The translations under genes were made by a program, and so were the position numbers. Shown in pieces: positions 29,057 through 37,768 of a stretch of 64,000 bases of DNA. The notes below the pieces were generated by a model. The model was not told the DNA's origin and ran no database searches. It was given only the letters and a program-made list of their open reading frames with translations. Source of the DNA: an uncultured Flavobacteriales bacterium. GTDB lineage: Bacteria; Bacteroidota; Bacteroidia; Flavobacteriales; BACL11. Position 1 is the first letter of the stretch. Each line of letters opens with the position of its first letter. The stretch lies in NCBI GenBank assembly GCA_950069165.1, contig CATMIT010000001.1, positions 320 to 64,319 on the forward strand. The letters run 5' to 3'.

Positions 29057-31132
29057 TTGAAAAACACCTTGTTTTTTTTAAGCATTTTATTTGTTTTTAC
29101 TGCATTTGGTCAAACTAAAAGCGATAGTATTTCTATTAAAAAAAAGCATAAAGAAGTAAGCATTTCGGCTACAAAATCAAGCAAATCATTGGATGCTTTG
29201 CCAATTCCAGGAAGTATAATTAGCGAAAAAGAAATTACTGAAACTGCAGCAACTAAGTTAGATGAGGTAATTGAAAAGCAAACGGGAATTATAAGCGTGC
29301 CGACTAAAACAGGAACTAAGGGTGTGCAAATGCAAGGGCTTGATGCTTCCTATATCGCCATTCTTTTAGATGGCTGTCCAATGATTGGTAGATCATTTGG
29401 GGCATTTGATTTAAATAGAATTTCTCTTGCTGACATTGAAAAGATTGAAATTATAAGAGGAGCCTCCTCTTCTTTGTATGGCTCTAATGCATTGGGGGGA
29501 GTAATTAATCTAATCAGTAAAAACCAAGTGGAAGATGGAAAGAATATGTTTTTGAGCATGAAATATGGCACTAACAATAGCTTAAATTCTAGCGCACTTT
29601 ATCAATATAAAAAAGGAGGACTGCAACTTTCTAATTCCATGGATTATTATAAAACGGATGGTTATGATTTGATAGATTCTGATTTGCTTAACACTATCAA
29701 TCCTCTTAGCAATTATTCTTTTCGCATTAAAATAAAGTACGATTTGTCAGAAAAAATAATTTTAAAAGCGAATGGGCGATATTTTAATCAAGAGCAAGAA
29801 AACACAGGGGAGAAATCTAATTTGCTTTTGGAAGGCGAAAGCCAAATCAAGGAATGGAATTTAGGTTCTTCTATTAAATATTTGATGCATTCTAATTTTT
29901 CTACAGAAGCGGAAATTTATACTACAAATTATAGAACAGATGAGTTTTTGCTAAATCAAAATGGCAGCTTATTTGACAAGAATTATTTTGACCACACCCT
30001 ATTGCAATCAGAATTAAGGAATAATTTTAACTTTAAAGCAATAAATGGAATTATTGGATTTGGGATGACAAAGGAGAAATTAGACCGAAAATATTTTTCT
30101 AGTATCGCCCAACAAGATTTAAAGTTTTTATATGGGCAATTGGATTGTCTTGCTTTTGGAGTTGTGGATATTATTGCTGGAAGTAGGTATGATAATTATA
30201 GCAATTATGCTACTGAAATTTCTAATAAATTGGCCTTAGGATTTCCCATTTCAAAGCAACTGAAAATAAATAGCTCGGTAGGAACTGGTTTTAAGATTCC
30301 TGATTTCAGACAAAGGTATTTTGATTTTACCAACTCCACAATTGGCTATACAGTTTTAGGAAGAGAAGTGGCTTTTGATAGATTGACTGCCATGGAAAAT
30401 GACGGAATGTTGCAAGGTATTTTTATCCCTTTTTCAGAAATAAATTCTCCATTAAAATCAGAAACTTCCCTTAATATAAATGTGGGAATTAAATTTAAGG
30501 TTAATGAAAAAACATCTTTTAACATCAATTTTTTCAAGAATGAAGTAGTTAATTTAATTGAGGCACAACTAGTGGCTAACAAAACAAATACTTTGCCTGT
30601 TTTTAGTTATTTCAATCTAAATCAAGTGGAAACAAAGGGGATGGAGTTTAATACACGCTTTCGCCCAAATTCTAAATTAGAAATAAAAGCTGGCTATCAA
30701 TTGCTTTTCGCTTTCGATAGTGATATTAAAACTAGATTTGAAACAGGAGATGTGTATGCAAAAGATGCAGAAACATTGGTAAGTTTCAAGCTGAAGAAAG
30801 ACGACTATTTTGGGCTTTTCAATAGATCTAGACATATGGGAAATCTAAAATTGTTTTATCAGTTTAACGACAAATTAGATTTAAATACCATCATCACTTA
30901 TAGAAGCAAATACGCCCTTTATGATTCTAATGGAAATAATTTATTAGACACTTATGATGAGTTTATAGATGGCTATGCCCTTTGTGATGTTGGGATCACC
31001 CATCATACAAATGCTTCCAAATCTATTCAACTGGGCGTGAAAAACATTTTTGATTTTACCAACCCAGAATATATTAGCAATATTTCAGGAAGATTATATT
31101 ATATTAACCTTAAAATAAATTTTAAAAACTAA
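29057..31132 (+). CDS. TonB-dependent outer-membrane receptor
   Basis: Signal peptide, plug-domain motifs (IEIIRGASSSLYGSNALGGVINLISK), and a roughly 500-aa beta-barrel region. TTG start. Confidence 0.85.
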   Translation: MKNTLFFLSILFVFTAFGQTKSDSISIKKKHKEVSISATKSSKSLDALPIPGSIISEKEITETAATKLDEVIEKQTGIISVPTKTGTKGVQMQGLDASYIAILLDGCPMIGRSFGAFDLNRISLADIEKIEIIRGASSSLYGSNALGGVINLISKNQVEDGKNMFLSMKYGTNNSLNSSALYQYKKGGLQLSNSMDYYKTDGYDLIDSDLLNTINPLSNYSFRIKIKYDLSEKIILKANGRYFNQEQENTGEKSNLLLEGESQIKEWNLGSSIKYLMHSNFSTEAEIYTTNYRTDEFLLNQNGSLFDKNYFDHTLLQSELRNNFNFKAINGIIGFGMTKEKLDRKYFSSIAQQDLKFLYGQLDCLAFGVVDIIAGSRYDNYSNYATEISNKLALGFPISKQLKINSSVGTGFKIPDFRQRYFDFTNSTIGYTVLGREVAFDRLTAMENDGMLQGIFIPFSEINSPLKSETSLNINVGIKFKVNEKTSFNINFFKNEVVNLIEAQLVANKTNTLPVFSYFNLNQVETKGMEFNTRFRPNSKLEIKAGYQLLFAFDSDIKTRFETGDVYAKDAETLVSFKLKKDDYFGLFNRSRHMGNLKLFYQFNDKLDLNTIITYRSKYALYDSNGNNLLDTYDEFIDGYALCDVGITHHTNASKSIQLGVKNIFDFTNPEYISNISGRLYYINLKINFKN

Positions 31133-31162
31133 CCCAAATAACAATAACAAAAAACAAAAACA

Positions 31163-31939
31163 ATGAAAACGAAATTAGTTTTATCTATGCTTACACTAGC
31201 TGTTGTGTTTACAGCATGTAAAAAGGAAAGTCCTGAACCTATTACTGGATGTACAGACCCTACAGCTATTAATTTTAATCCATTAGCTTCTATTGATGAT
31301 AGCTCTTGCGTATATGATATTTATGGATGTACAGACTCTACTGCTATTAATTTTAATCCATTAGCTTCTATTGATGATAGCTCTTGTATTTATGAGACAA
31401 TAGTTGCTGGAACAATTACTGAATTAGACGCTCAGGCAGCAACATTTGCACCTAACCCTCCACCAGAACCCCCAACCATTACTGGAGATTATACAAAATT
31501 CAGTTTTGCAGAAGGAACTGTAGTTGAGGGAGACGATTGGGATGTTGCTTTCAGATCAACTTCTATTATTTTTAATGGGGGCATGGCTTCTGATACATCT
31601 CAACCAAACAGAACAGGAAATGCTGCTGTGTATTTGATAGATGGCACAATGGAAGATATTAGCTTAGTAGATGAGAGTTTATTGCTGCAAGATGAGGCAA
31701 CTTCTACTGCAATAATTGATGATATGGGCATTCAGCAAATGGGCTGGTGTATTTATGATTTCGCTACCAATATGATTTCACCAATTGCGGGAAAAATACT
31801 AGTGGTAAGAACGCACGATAACAAATATGCTAAAATTGAGATTCTTAATTTTTATGATGCTACATGTACAAATGTGTATGGAGGATTTTATACCTTCAAC
31901 TATGTGTATCAATCAGAAGAAAGTAATTTAACTTTTTAA
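31163..31939 (+). CDS. HmuY-like lipoprotein with two N-terminal Cys-bounded repeats
   Basis: Lipobox VFTAC. HmuY-family motifs WDVAFRST..IFNGG and ILVVRTHDNKYAKIEILNFY. It is adjacent to a TonB-dependent receptor. Confidence 0.65.
   Translation: MKTKLVLSMLTLAVVFTACKKESPEPITGCTDPTAINFNPLASIDDSSCVYDIYGCTDSTAINFNPLASIDDSSCIYETIVAGTITELDAQAATFAPNPPPEPPTITGDYTKFSFAEGTVVEGDDWDVAFRSTSIIFNGGMASDTSQPNRTGNAAVYLIDGTMEDISLVDESLLLQDEATSTAIIDDMGIQQMGWCIYDFATNMISPIAGKILVVRTHDNKYAKIEILNFYDATCTNVYGGFYTFNYVYQSEESNLTF
31247..31396 (+). repeat. In-frame tandem duplication (78-bp unit, about 1.9 copies) encoding GCTD[PS]TAINFNPLASIDDSSC[VI]Y
   Basis: Unit 1 is 31247-31324 and unit 2 starts at 31325. The DNA is nearly identical over about 66 nt of each unit. 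Confidence 0.9.
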
Positions 31940-31959
31940 AAAAATAAGGGTTAGCAAAA

Positions 31960-31995
31960 AGAAAAGTCCCCTATTTGGGTACTTTTCTTATTTTT
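31960..31995 (+). terminator. Rho-independent terminator after the HmuY-like gene
   Basis: AGAAAAGT(CCC..GGG)ACTTTTCT stem followed by TATTTTT, 21 nt after the stop. Confidence 0.6.
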
Positions 31996-31996
31996 G
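31989..31996 (+). promoter_or_regulatory. Candidate -7 promoter element (TAnnTTTG) for msrAB
   Basis: TATTTTTG lies 15 nt upstream of the ATG at 32011 and overlaps the preceding terminator tail. Confidence 0.25.
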
Positions 31997-32010
31997 TATA
32001 AAAATAAAAG

Positions 32011-32853
32011 ATGGACAAAGATTATTTTTCTCATCTAAGCCCAGAAGAAAGGGGAATTCTAAAAAACAAAGGAACAGAAGCTGCCTTTTCTGGGGTATAC
32101 AATGACTTTTTTGAAGTTGGAATCTTTGTTTGTAGGGCTTGCGAAAATCCACTTTATGAGTCCAATACCAAATTTAATTCTGACTGTGGTTGGCCATCAT
32201 TTGATGATGAAATTATTGATTCCATTAAAAAATATGAAGATTTAAGTGGCGGAAGTGTTCGTGCAGAAATTTGTTGTGCAAAATGTGATGGTCATTTGGG
32301 GCATGTTTTTGAAGGAGAACAAATAACTACAAAAAATACTCGACATTGTGTAAACTCTTTAAGCATAAAATTTGTATCGCACAGCAATTTGGAAATAGCC
32401 GCTTTTGGGGCAGGCTGTTTTTGGTCGGTGGAGAAAATTTTCAAATCTGTAAAAGGCGTTTATATGGTGCAAGTCGGCTATATGGGAGGGGATACCTTAA
32501 ACCCCACCTACAATGATATTTGTAGAGGTGATACAAATCATGCTGAGGTTTTACAAATCGCTTTTAACCCTGAAATTATTTCCTACTCTGACTTACTGAA
32601 AGTCTTTTGGCAAAATCATAATCCTACCACTTTAAACAGGCAAGGACCGGATATGGGAACGCAATATCGTTCCGTAATTTTTTACTATTCTGAGCTGCAG
32701 AAAAGACAAGCAGAGCAGTCAAAACAAGAAGCTCAAACTAACTTTACTGCTCCCATTGTCACACAAATAGTAGCATCCTCTATCTTCTACCGAGCAGAGG
32801 AATATCATCAAGATTATCTGGAGAAAAATAATTTAGGAAATTGTAGTTTATGA
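32011..32853 (+). CDS. msrAB: Bifunctional methionine sulfoxide reductase (MsrB domain then MsrA domain)
   Basis: MsrB zinc/catalytic motifs CRACENPLY..CAKCDGHLGHVF..RHCVNS. MsrA motif GAGCFWSVE..GYMGG. Confidence 0.92.
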   Translation: MDKDYFSHLSPEERGILKNKGTEAAFSGVYNDFFEVGIFVCRACENPLYESNTKFNSDCGWPSFDDEIIDSIKKYEDLSGGSVRAEICCAKCDGHLGHVFEGEQITTKNTRHCVNSLSIKFVSHSNLEIAAFGAGCFWSVEKIFKSVKGVYMVQVGYMGGDTLNPTYNDICRGDTNHAEVLQIAFNPEIISYSDLLKVFWQNHNPTTLNRQGPDMGTQYRSVIFYYSELQKRQAEQSKQEAQTNFTAPIVTQIVASSIFYRAEEYHQDYLEKNNLGNCSL

Positions 32854-33999
32854 TTGTTTAGGTAAAGAAATACAAAAGGTTGTCCCTTCACCTTGCACTG
32901 AACTTTTTACAAATATTCGCCCTTTATGATAATCTTCAATTATTCTTTTGGCAAGAGAAAGCCCCAAACCCCATCCTCTTTTTTTGGAAGTTACCCCAGG
33001 TTTGAAAATTGAATTAATTAGTCCTGGCTCTATCCCTTTTCCTGAGTCATTGATGTGAATGTTTACCCTAGTTAACTCCTCCTCAATTTTAATTTTTATG
33101 AGCCCCTCTCCTTTCATTGCATCCACCGCATTTTTACAAATATTCTCAATAACCCAGTTTAGAAGAACAGTGCTAACAGGAATAATTATTGTAGATTGTT
33201 CATGTAAAATATTAAATTCTACTTTTTCAGGCAAGCGAGATTTCAAATAATTTGTAGCATCCACCACCAATTCCACAATGTCTTTTTTCTCCAAGGTTGG
33301 TTTTGAACCAATCTTTGAAAAACGGTCGGTAATGGTTTCCAGCCGGGCAATATCCTTTTCCATTTCCATTACCATATCTCTTGTTTCTTTTTTTGATTTT
33401 AGAAGTTCCACCCAAGCCATAAGGGAAGATAGTGGGGTGCCAATTTGATGGGCAGTTTCTTTTGCCATTCCAACCCACACTTGGTTTTGTTCTGCTTTTC
33501 GGGCTGAGCTAAAAGCCAAATAAGCAATAAACATGAATAGAGAAATAAGCCCTAATTGAAACATGGGATAATAACGCAAACGAGTAAGTAAAATAGAATC
33601 TTTATAGTACAAAAGTTGCTTATAATCTTCAAAAACTTGAATCTCAATTGGCGCATTTTGTGCCTTCATTATAATGAGCTGCTTTTGCAAATATTCAGCC
33701 GTTATTTCACTTATAGGATTTAAGTTTCTATAGTTTAAAATACTGTCATTTTCATCTGCTAAAATAATAGGGATATTTTCATTGGATTCCATCACCTTTA
33801 TGGCTAAGGAAAAATTGCCATCATCCGAAATATTAACCATCTGATTGGTAGCATAAGCCCAAATTTCTATTTTCTTTTTTTCTTCATAAGCTAATGATTT
33901 TACTAAGCTATTGGTAACAAAAAGAGAGGATATCCCAATGATAATGGCAAAAATTAAAAGCCAAAATTTCCAAGTTTTTTTTCTGTTATAAATATTCAT
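32848..33999 (-). CDS. Sensor histidine kinase (two TM helices, periplasmic loop, HisKA plus HATPase_c); no response regulator adjacent
   Basis: H-box ETAHQIGTPLSSL. N-box and G-boxes NICKNAVDA, DSGKGI, GWGLGLSL. Confidence 0.85.
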   Translation of the reverse strand: MNIYNRKKTWKFWLLIFAIIIGISSLFVTNSLVKSLAYEEKKKIEIWAYATNQMVNISDDGNFSLAIKVMESNENIPIILADENDSILNYRNLNPISEITAEYLQKQLIIMKAQNAPIEIQVFEDYKQLLYYKDSILLTRLRYYPMFQLGLISLFMFIAYLAFSSARKAEQNQVWVGMAKETAHQIGTPLSSLMAWVELLKSKKETRDMVMEMEKDIARLETITDRFSKIGSKPTLEKKDIVELVVDATNYLKSRLPEKVEFNILHEQSTIIIPVSTVLLNWVIENICKNAVDAMKGEGLIKIKIEEELTRVNIHINDSGKGIEPGLINSIFKPGVTSKKRGWGLGLSLAKRIIEDYHKGRIFVKSSVQGEGTTFCISLPKQS

Positions 34000-34011
34000 C
34001 TTTTTTATTTT

Positions 34012-36501
34012 TTATCCTTCATCTTTCCATTCCAAAATAATGTCTGGGGATTTTTCTTCCGGGAGTTTAGTGCTGTCCGTTTTTTGATTTAAGACATCCT
34101 TCTTTATAATCGTTTTTATTTCTTCCACCTGTTTTTTAAATTCTGTTTTTATCTTTTCTTTTATTTTTATTTTATCAAAATAAATATTCGGATTATCCAT
34201 ATTTCCAGTCATTTTAAGATGCAGTGTGGTATGGCCCAAACCATCATCTTCCACTATTCCGAACTCACTGTTAATGTTTGTATTTTTCTTTCTAAACTTT
34301 TTTGAAATTAGCTCTGAAAGCAAAAGGCGAACTTGATAATCAATTTCGTTATCAAAACTATGCGTGCCCGCAATAGACACGCTTAGTGCTGAAGAGTTTA
34401 TATCCATAGCATCTATTTTTATAATGTTATGTTCAATCCTAATGGTGGTTTCAAGTGTGGAGAATTTTACATTTTTCAATTCTTCAACGCTAACATAAGA
34501 AGATAAACTAAGAAGTGGTGAAAATTCTACTAATTCTCCTTTTTCTATTATTAATTCGGAGCTTAGTTGCAATTTATTTGGGTCGAATTCAAAGCCAGGA
34601 TTCCAGCTCGATTGCAGTTGAACATCAGCAGTTCCTTCCCCTTTTATGTGTTTGTCCTGAATGAATTCTTGTCCAAAATTTTGAAAAGCAGAAAACAAAT
34701 TTCTGATATTTATTTTTTCCAAATGAGCTGATGTAAACAATTTAAGATAATTGTAAGGCCTTTCGTAAAATTTTACTTCCCCTGTAATTTCTCCATTTAA
34801 AGTATTCATTTTTACATCCTTTGCCTTTAAAGTATAATTGCTGTATTCAATCTTGGCATCAATATTTTCAGCAACAAAATACTGATAACTGAGTTGTTGA
34901 ATATTTGTTTTTAAATTTACTTCAATCCAATTTGGCAGGGTAGAAGTTGATTTTCCTTCCGACATTTCTTTAAGTGTCATCAGCTCATCAAATTTTACAT
35001 ATACCGATTGCATATTTCCTTCCACTACTATTTTAGGTACGGCAGCCAAAAGATAAGGAATAAAATTTGTAATTGTTCCGTCAAATTTAATGTCGCTATC
35101 GGATATGGTAATCTCACTATTTTCTATAATTATTTTGTTATCCTTTATTTGACAGCTCATTGCAGGAATACCAAATAGTAATGGAAATTTTTTATACTGA
35201 AATTCTACATCTTTTAATTGTAAATCGCTTTGATGAATTGATGAAAGAAAATTGTCTTTCATTTTTTCTGAAAAAGACAAAAGTCCATTGTATTTTGTTT
35301 TTGCAATAAGTGTACCTTTCATATTAAAAAATGGCGTGCTATTAAACTGATGATTTACCTCTGCCAAATCCAGATTAGAATTGATATCTATGCTAAGATA
35401 ATAGTTGTTTAAATTGCTCACCATAAAAGAAGCTGCTAGTGTTCCGTTTCCTGTTTTGGCACTGCATTTTTCTGCCTTTATTATAGTGCTTTCAAAATTA
35501 TTGCTTTTGCCATTGTCGATATTCCCACTAAGGGAAACTGCTGTAAGTTTAAAAGGATTTTCTTTCAAATTGAAAAGTCCTTTTGTTATAGAAAAATCCA
35601 TATTAAAATGGGGACTTTCCGTTTTGCTTATCACGCCATTTATGAGCCCTTTGCAACTTAAATCCCCTGTAGCTAAAAATGAACTGCACACAGATTTGAA
35701 CTTTTCGGGCATGTGCATAAGCACGCTTTTCAATCTTTGATTATCTGCTGAAATATTCAAATTTACACGCTTTCCTTTTATCTCACCATCCAATTTAAAT
35801 TGCACATCTTCAATAAAAATATTAGAATTTTGGATGAAGAATATGCTGTCTGAAATGGCAAAATTTGCATCAATTTTTGTGTTTTTTTTCTGGATATAGT
35901 CTGTATTACCTATCAATAAATTTTGCATAAACATATCCCCTTTTACCAAAAAATTAGATGGTTTTTCCTGCTCAAATTGCACTAACACTATGCCTGTTTT
36001 TGCCCCAATAGCAACCTTTTTTTTTAGGTGAGAATAGCTAAGACTGGACTCTTTAAAATAAATTTGTTCTATACGTACTTTTTTTTGATTCTCCTCTTGG
36101 GGTTTGAAAATTTTATAATTAGCAAGGCCGTTTATATCATACTTAATATGTAGCTTGCTACCAACTAAAACTATTTTATTGATGTGCTGATTTTCAGAAA
36201 GCAAATTAAAAATATTGAATTGCAAATACCCCTGTTGGGCATACAATAAGGTGTCATTTATATTTGGCTCTTTTTCCATTATTAGCACATCTGTAAGTTT
36301 AACAGAGGCGTAAGGAAAATTTTCAAAAACTGAAAAATTTATCTCTTTTACTTCTATTTCAGTAATCAATTTTTCTTTAATATTTTTTAGCATTAGTTGC
36401 TCAATTTTTTCGCCATACAAAAAAGTAAAGCCAATGCCAAGCAGTATTACAGAGAACACTACCAAGAAAATAATGCTAATTATTTTTTTAATCCATTTCA
36501 T
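34012..36501 (-). CDS. AsmA-like large envelope protein (N-terminal TM anchor, 829 aa)
   Basis: Single N-terminal helix, long beta-rich repetitive body, Lys-rich tail. The size and architecture are typical of the AsmA/TamB-like family. No catalytic motif was found. Confidence 0.5.
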   Translation of the reverse strand: MKWIKKIISIIFLVVFSVILLGIGFTFLYGEKIEQLMLKNIKEKLITEIEVKEINFSVFENFPYASVKLTDVLIMEKEPNINDTLLYAQQGYLQFNIFNLLSENQHINKIVLVGSKLHIKYDINGLANYKIFKPQEENQKKVRIEQIYFKESSLSYSHLKKKVAIGAKTGIVLVQFEQEKPSNFLVKGDMFMQNLLIGNTDYIQKKNTKIDANFAISDSIFFIQNSNIFIEDVQFKLDGEIKGKRVNLNISADNQRLKSVLMHMPEKFKSVCSSFLATGDLSCKGLINGVISKTESPHFNMDFSITKGLFNLKENPFKLTAVSLSGNIDNGKSNNFESTIIKAEKCSAKTGNGTLAASFMVSNLNNYYLSIDINSNLDLAEVNHQFNSTPFFNMKGTLIAKTKYNGLLSFSEKMKDNFLSSIHQSDLQLKDVEFQYKKFPLLFGIPAMSCQIKDNKIIIENSEITISDSDIKFDGTITNFIPYLLAAVPKIVVEGNMQSVYVKFDELMTLKEMSEGKSTSTLPNWIEVNLKTNIQQLSYQYFVAENIDAKIEYSNYTLKAKDVKMNTLNGEITGEVKFYERPYNYLKLFTSAHLEKINIRNLFSAFQNFGQEFIQDKHIKGEGTADVQLQSSWNPGFEFDPNKLQLSSELIIEKGELVEFSPLLSLSSYVSVEELKNVKFSTLETTIRIEHNIIKIDAMDINSSALSVSIAGTHSFDNEIDYQVRLLLSELISKKFRKKNTNINSEFGIVEDDGLGHTTLHLKMTGNMDNPNIYFDKIKIKEKIKTEFKKQVEEIKTIIKKDVLNQKTDSTKLPEEKSPDIILEWKDEG

Positions 36502-36557
36502 TACAAAGGCAAAATATAATAGGAATAACGAATTTTTGGAGCAAAAGAATATACATC

Positions 36558-37328
36558 TTATATTCTTTTTAGGAGATTTATTTCCTCATTGCTTAGGAAT
36601 CTGTGTCGTTTTCTGGGTAAATCTTTTTTGCTTAGTCCAGCAAAAAATACCCTATCAATTCTTTGAACTTTATAGCCAATTTGCTCAAAAATAAGATTTA
36701 CCATTTTTATTCCACCCATAGAAATTTCAAGACCAATTTCATTTTTATCTTTTCCACTTATGTAGGAAACTGAATCGATTGGAGCTTGTTTCCCATGAAT
36801 TGAAACCCCATCTTGCAATTTTTTCAAATCGATTGATTTTAGTTTTTTATCCAATTCCAAATGATAAATTTCTTTGATTCTTTTTTGAGGATTAGATAGT
36901 TTTTTGGCTAGCTGATCATCATTGGTGAAAAGCAGTAATCCAGTTGAGTTTTTGCCCAAACGCCCAATAGGCATAATAATTTCCTTGCACGCCCCTGCTA
37001 TTAATTCTCGAACTGTTCTTTTCTTGGTGCTGTCATCCATTCTTCCACTATAATTCTTTGGTTTGTTTAGCAGCAAATACCTTGTGGTTTCCGATTTTAT
37101 TTTGGCATCATTGAATTTCACCTCATCAACTGTGCTTAATTTGTAGCCCATTTGGGTAATTACTTTTCCGTTTACTTTTACCACTCCTGCTTCTATGAAT
37201 TTGTCTGCTTCCCTACGACTACATATGCCGGCTTTTGCTATATATCTATTAAGCCGCATTAAGCCATCATCTGACTGTTTTTTTTCTCTTTGTCTTTTTC
37301 TGAATGTTGATTTTCCTTTGCTTTCCAT
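36558..37328 (-). CDS. Pseudouridine synthase, RsuA/RluB family, with N-terminal S4 domain
   Basis: MRLNRYIAKAGICSRREADKFIEAGVVKVNGK (S4) and GRLGKNSTGLLLFTND (catalytic Asp motif variant). Confidence 0.85.
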   Translation of the reverse strand: MESKGKSTFRKRQREKKQSDDGLMRLNRYIAKAGICSRREADKFIEAGVVKVNGKVITQMGYKLSTVDEVKFNDAKIKSETTRYLLLNKPKNYSGRMDDSTKKRTVRELIAGACKEIIMPIGRLGKNSTGLLLFTNDDQLAKKLSNPQKRIKEIYHLELDKKLKSIDLKKLQDGVSIHGKQAPIDSVSYISGKDKNEIGLEISMGGIKMVNLIFEQIGYKVQRIDRVFFAGLSKKDLPRKRHRFLSNEEINLLKRI

Positions 37329-37363
37329 TATAAAAATTTTGGCAAAGATAAAAATACTAAGGG

Positions 37364-37723
37364 TTAAAAAGCATCTTTAAAGTGCTCTATTTTAGCTTTT
37401 TCAGGGGAGAGAATTACAGCAATTATATCAAAGCGGATTTCATAATCTAAATCTTTTTGTTCTAAATATCCTTCAGCTGCCGATTGATAAAGCGCTTGTT
37501 TTTTCTCTGAAACAAAGGTTTGTGGCTCTCCAAAAATATCGGTTGAGCGACATTTTACTTCCACAAAAACAAGAAAATTTTCATCCTTTACAATAATATC
37601 TACTTCTGCTTTTTGGAATCGCCAATTTTTTTCCAAAATAATATAGCCCAAATTTGCCAAATAGTTTTGTGCAATTTGCTCGCCCTGCTCTCCTTTTTTA
37701 TTGTGCTGATCCAAGCCCTTCAT
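37364..37723 (-). CDS. yraN: YraN family (UPF0102) endonuclease-like protein
   Basis: 119 aa, with E..DII..VFVEVK..R, a PD-(D/E)xK-like pattern. Confidence 0.8.
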   Translation of the reverse strand: MKGLDQHNKKGEQGEQIAQNYLANLGYIILEKNWRFQKAEVDIIVKDENFLVFVEVKCRSTDIFGEPQTFVSEKKQALYQSAAEGYLEQKDLDYEIRFDIIAVILSPEKAKIEHFKDAF

Positions 37724-37768
37724 TTATTTAGGTGTAAATGTAAAATTATTATCTTTACCAAAAAACAA

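Noticed and set aside
37613-37768. Upstream extension of the CotH ORF (track start 37613), and likewise extensions of ActB (to 5576), ComF (54528), the lipoprotein (55281), the nitrilase (57173) and SPOR (6916).
   Set aside because: The extensions overlap neighbouring genes or a terminator and precede obvious signal peptides, lipoboxes or conserved N-termini that begin at internal ATGs. The starts were reset accordingly.
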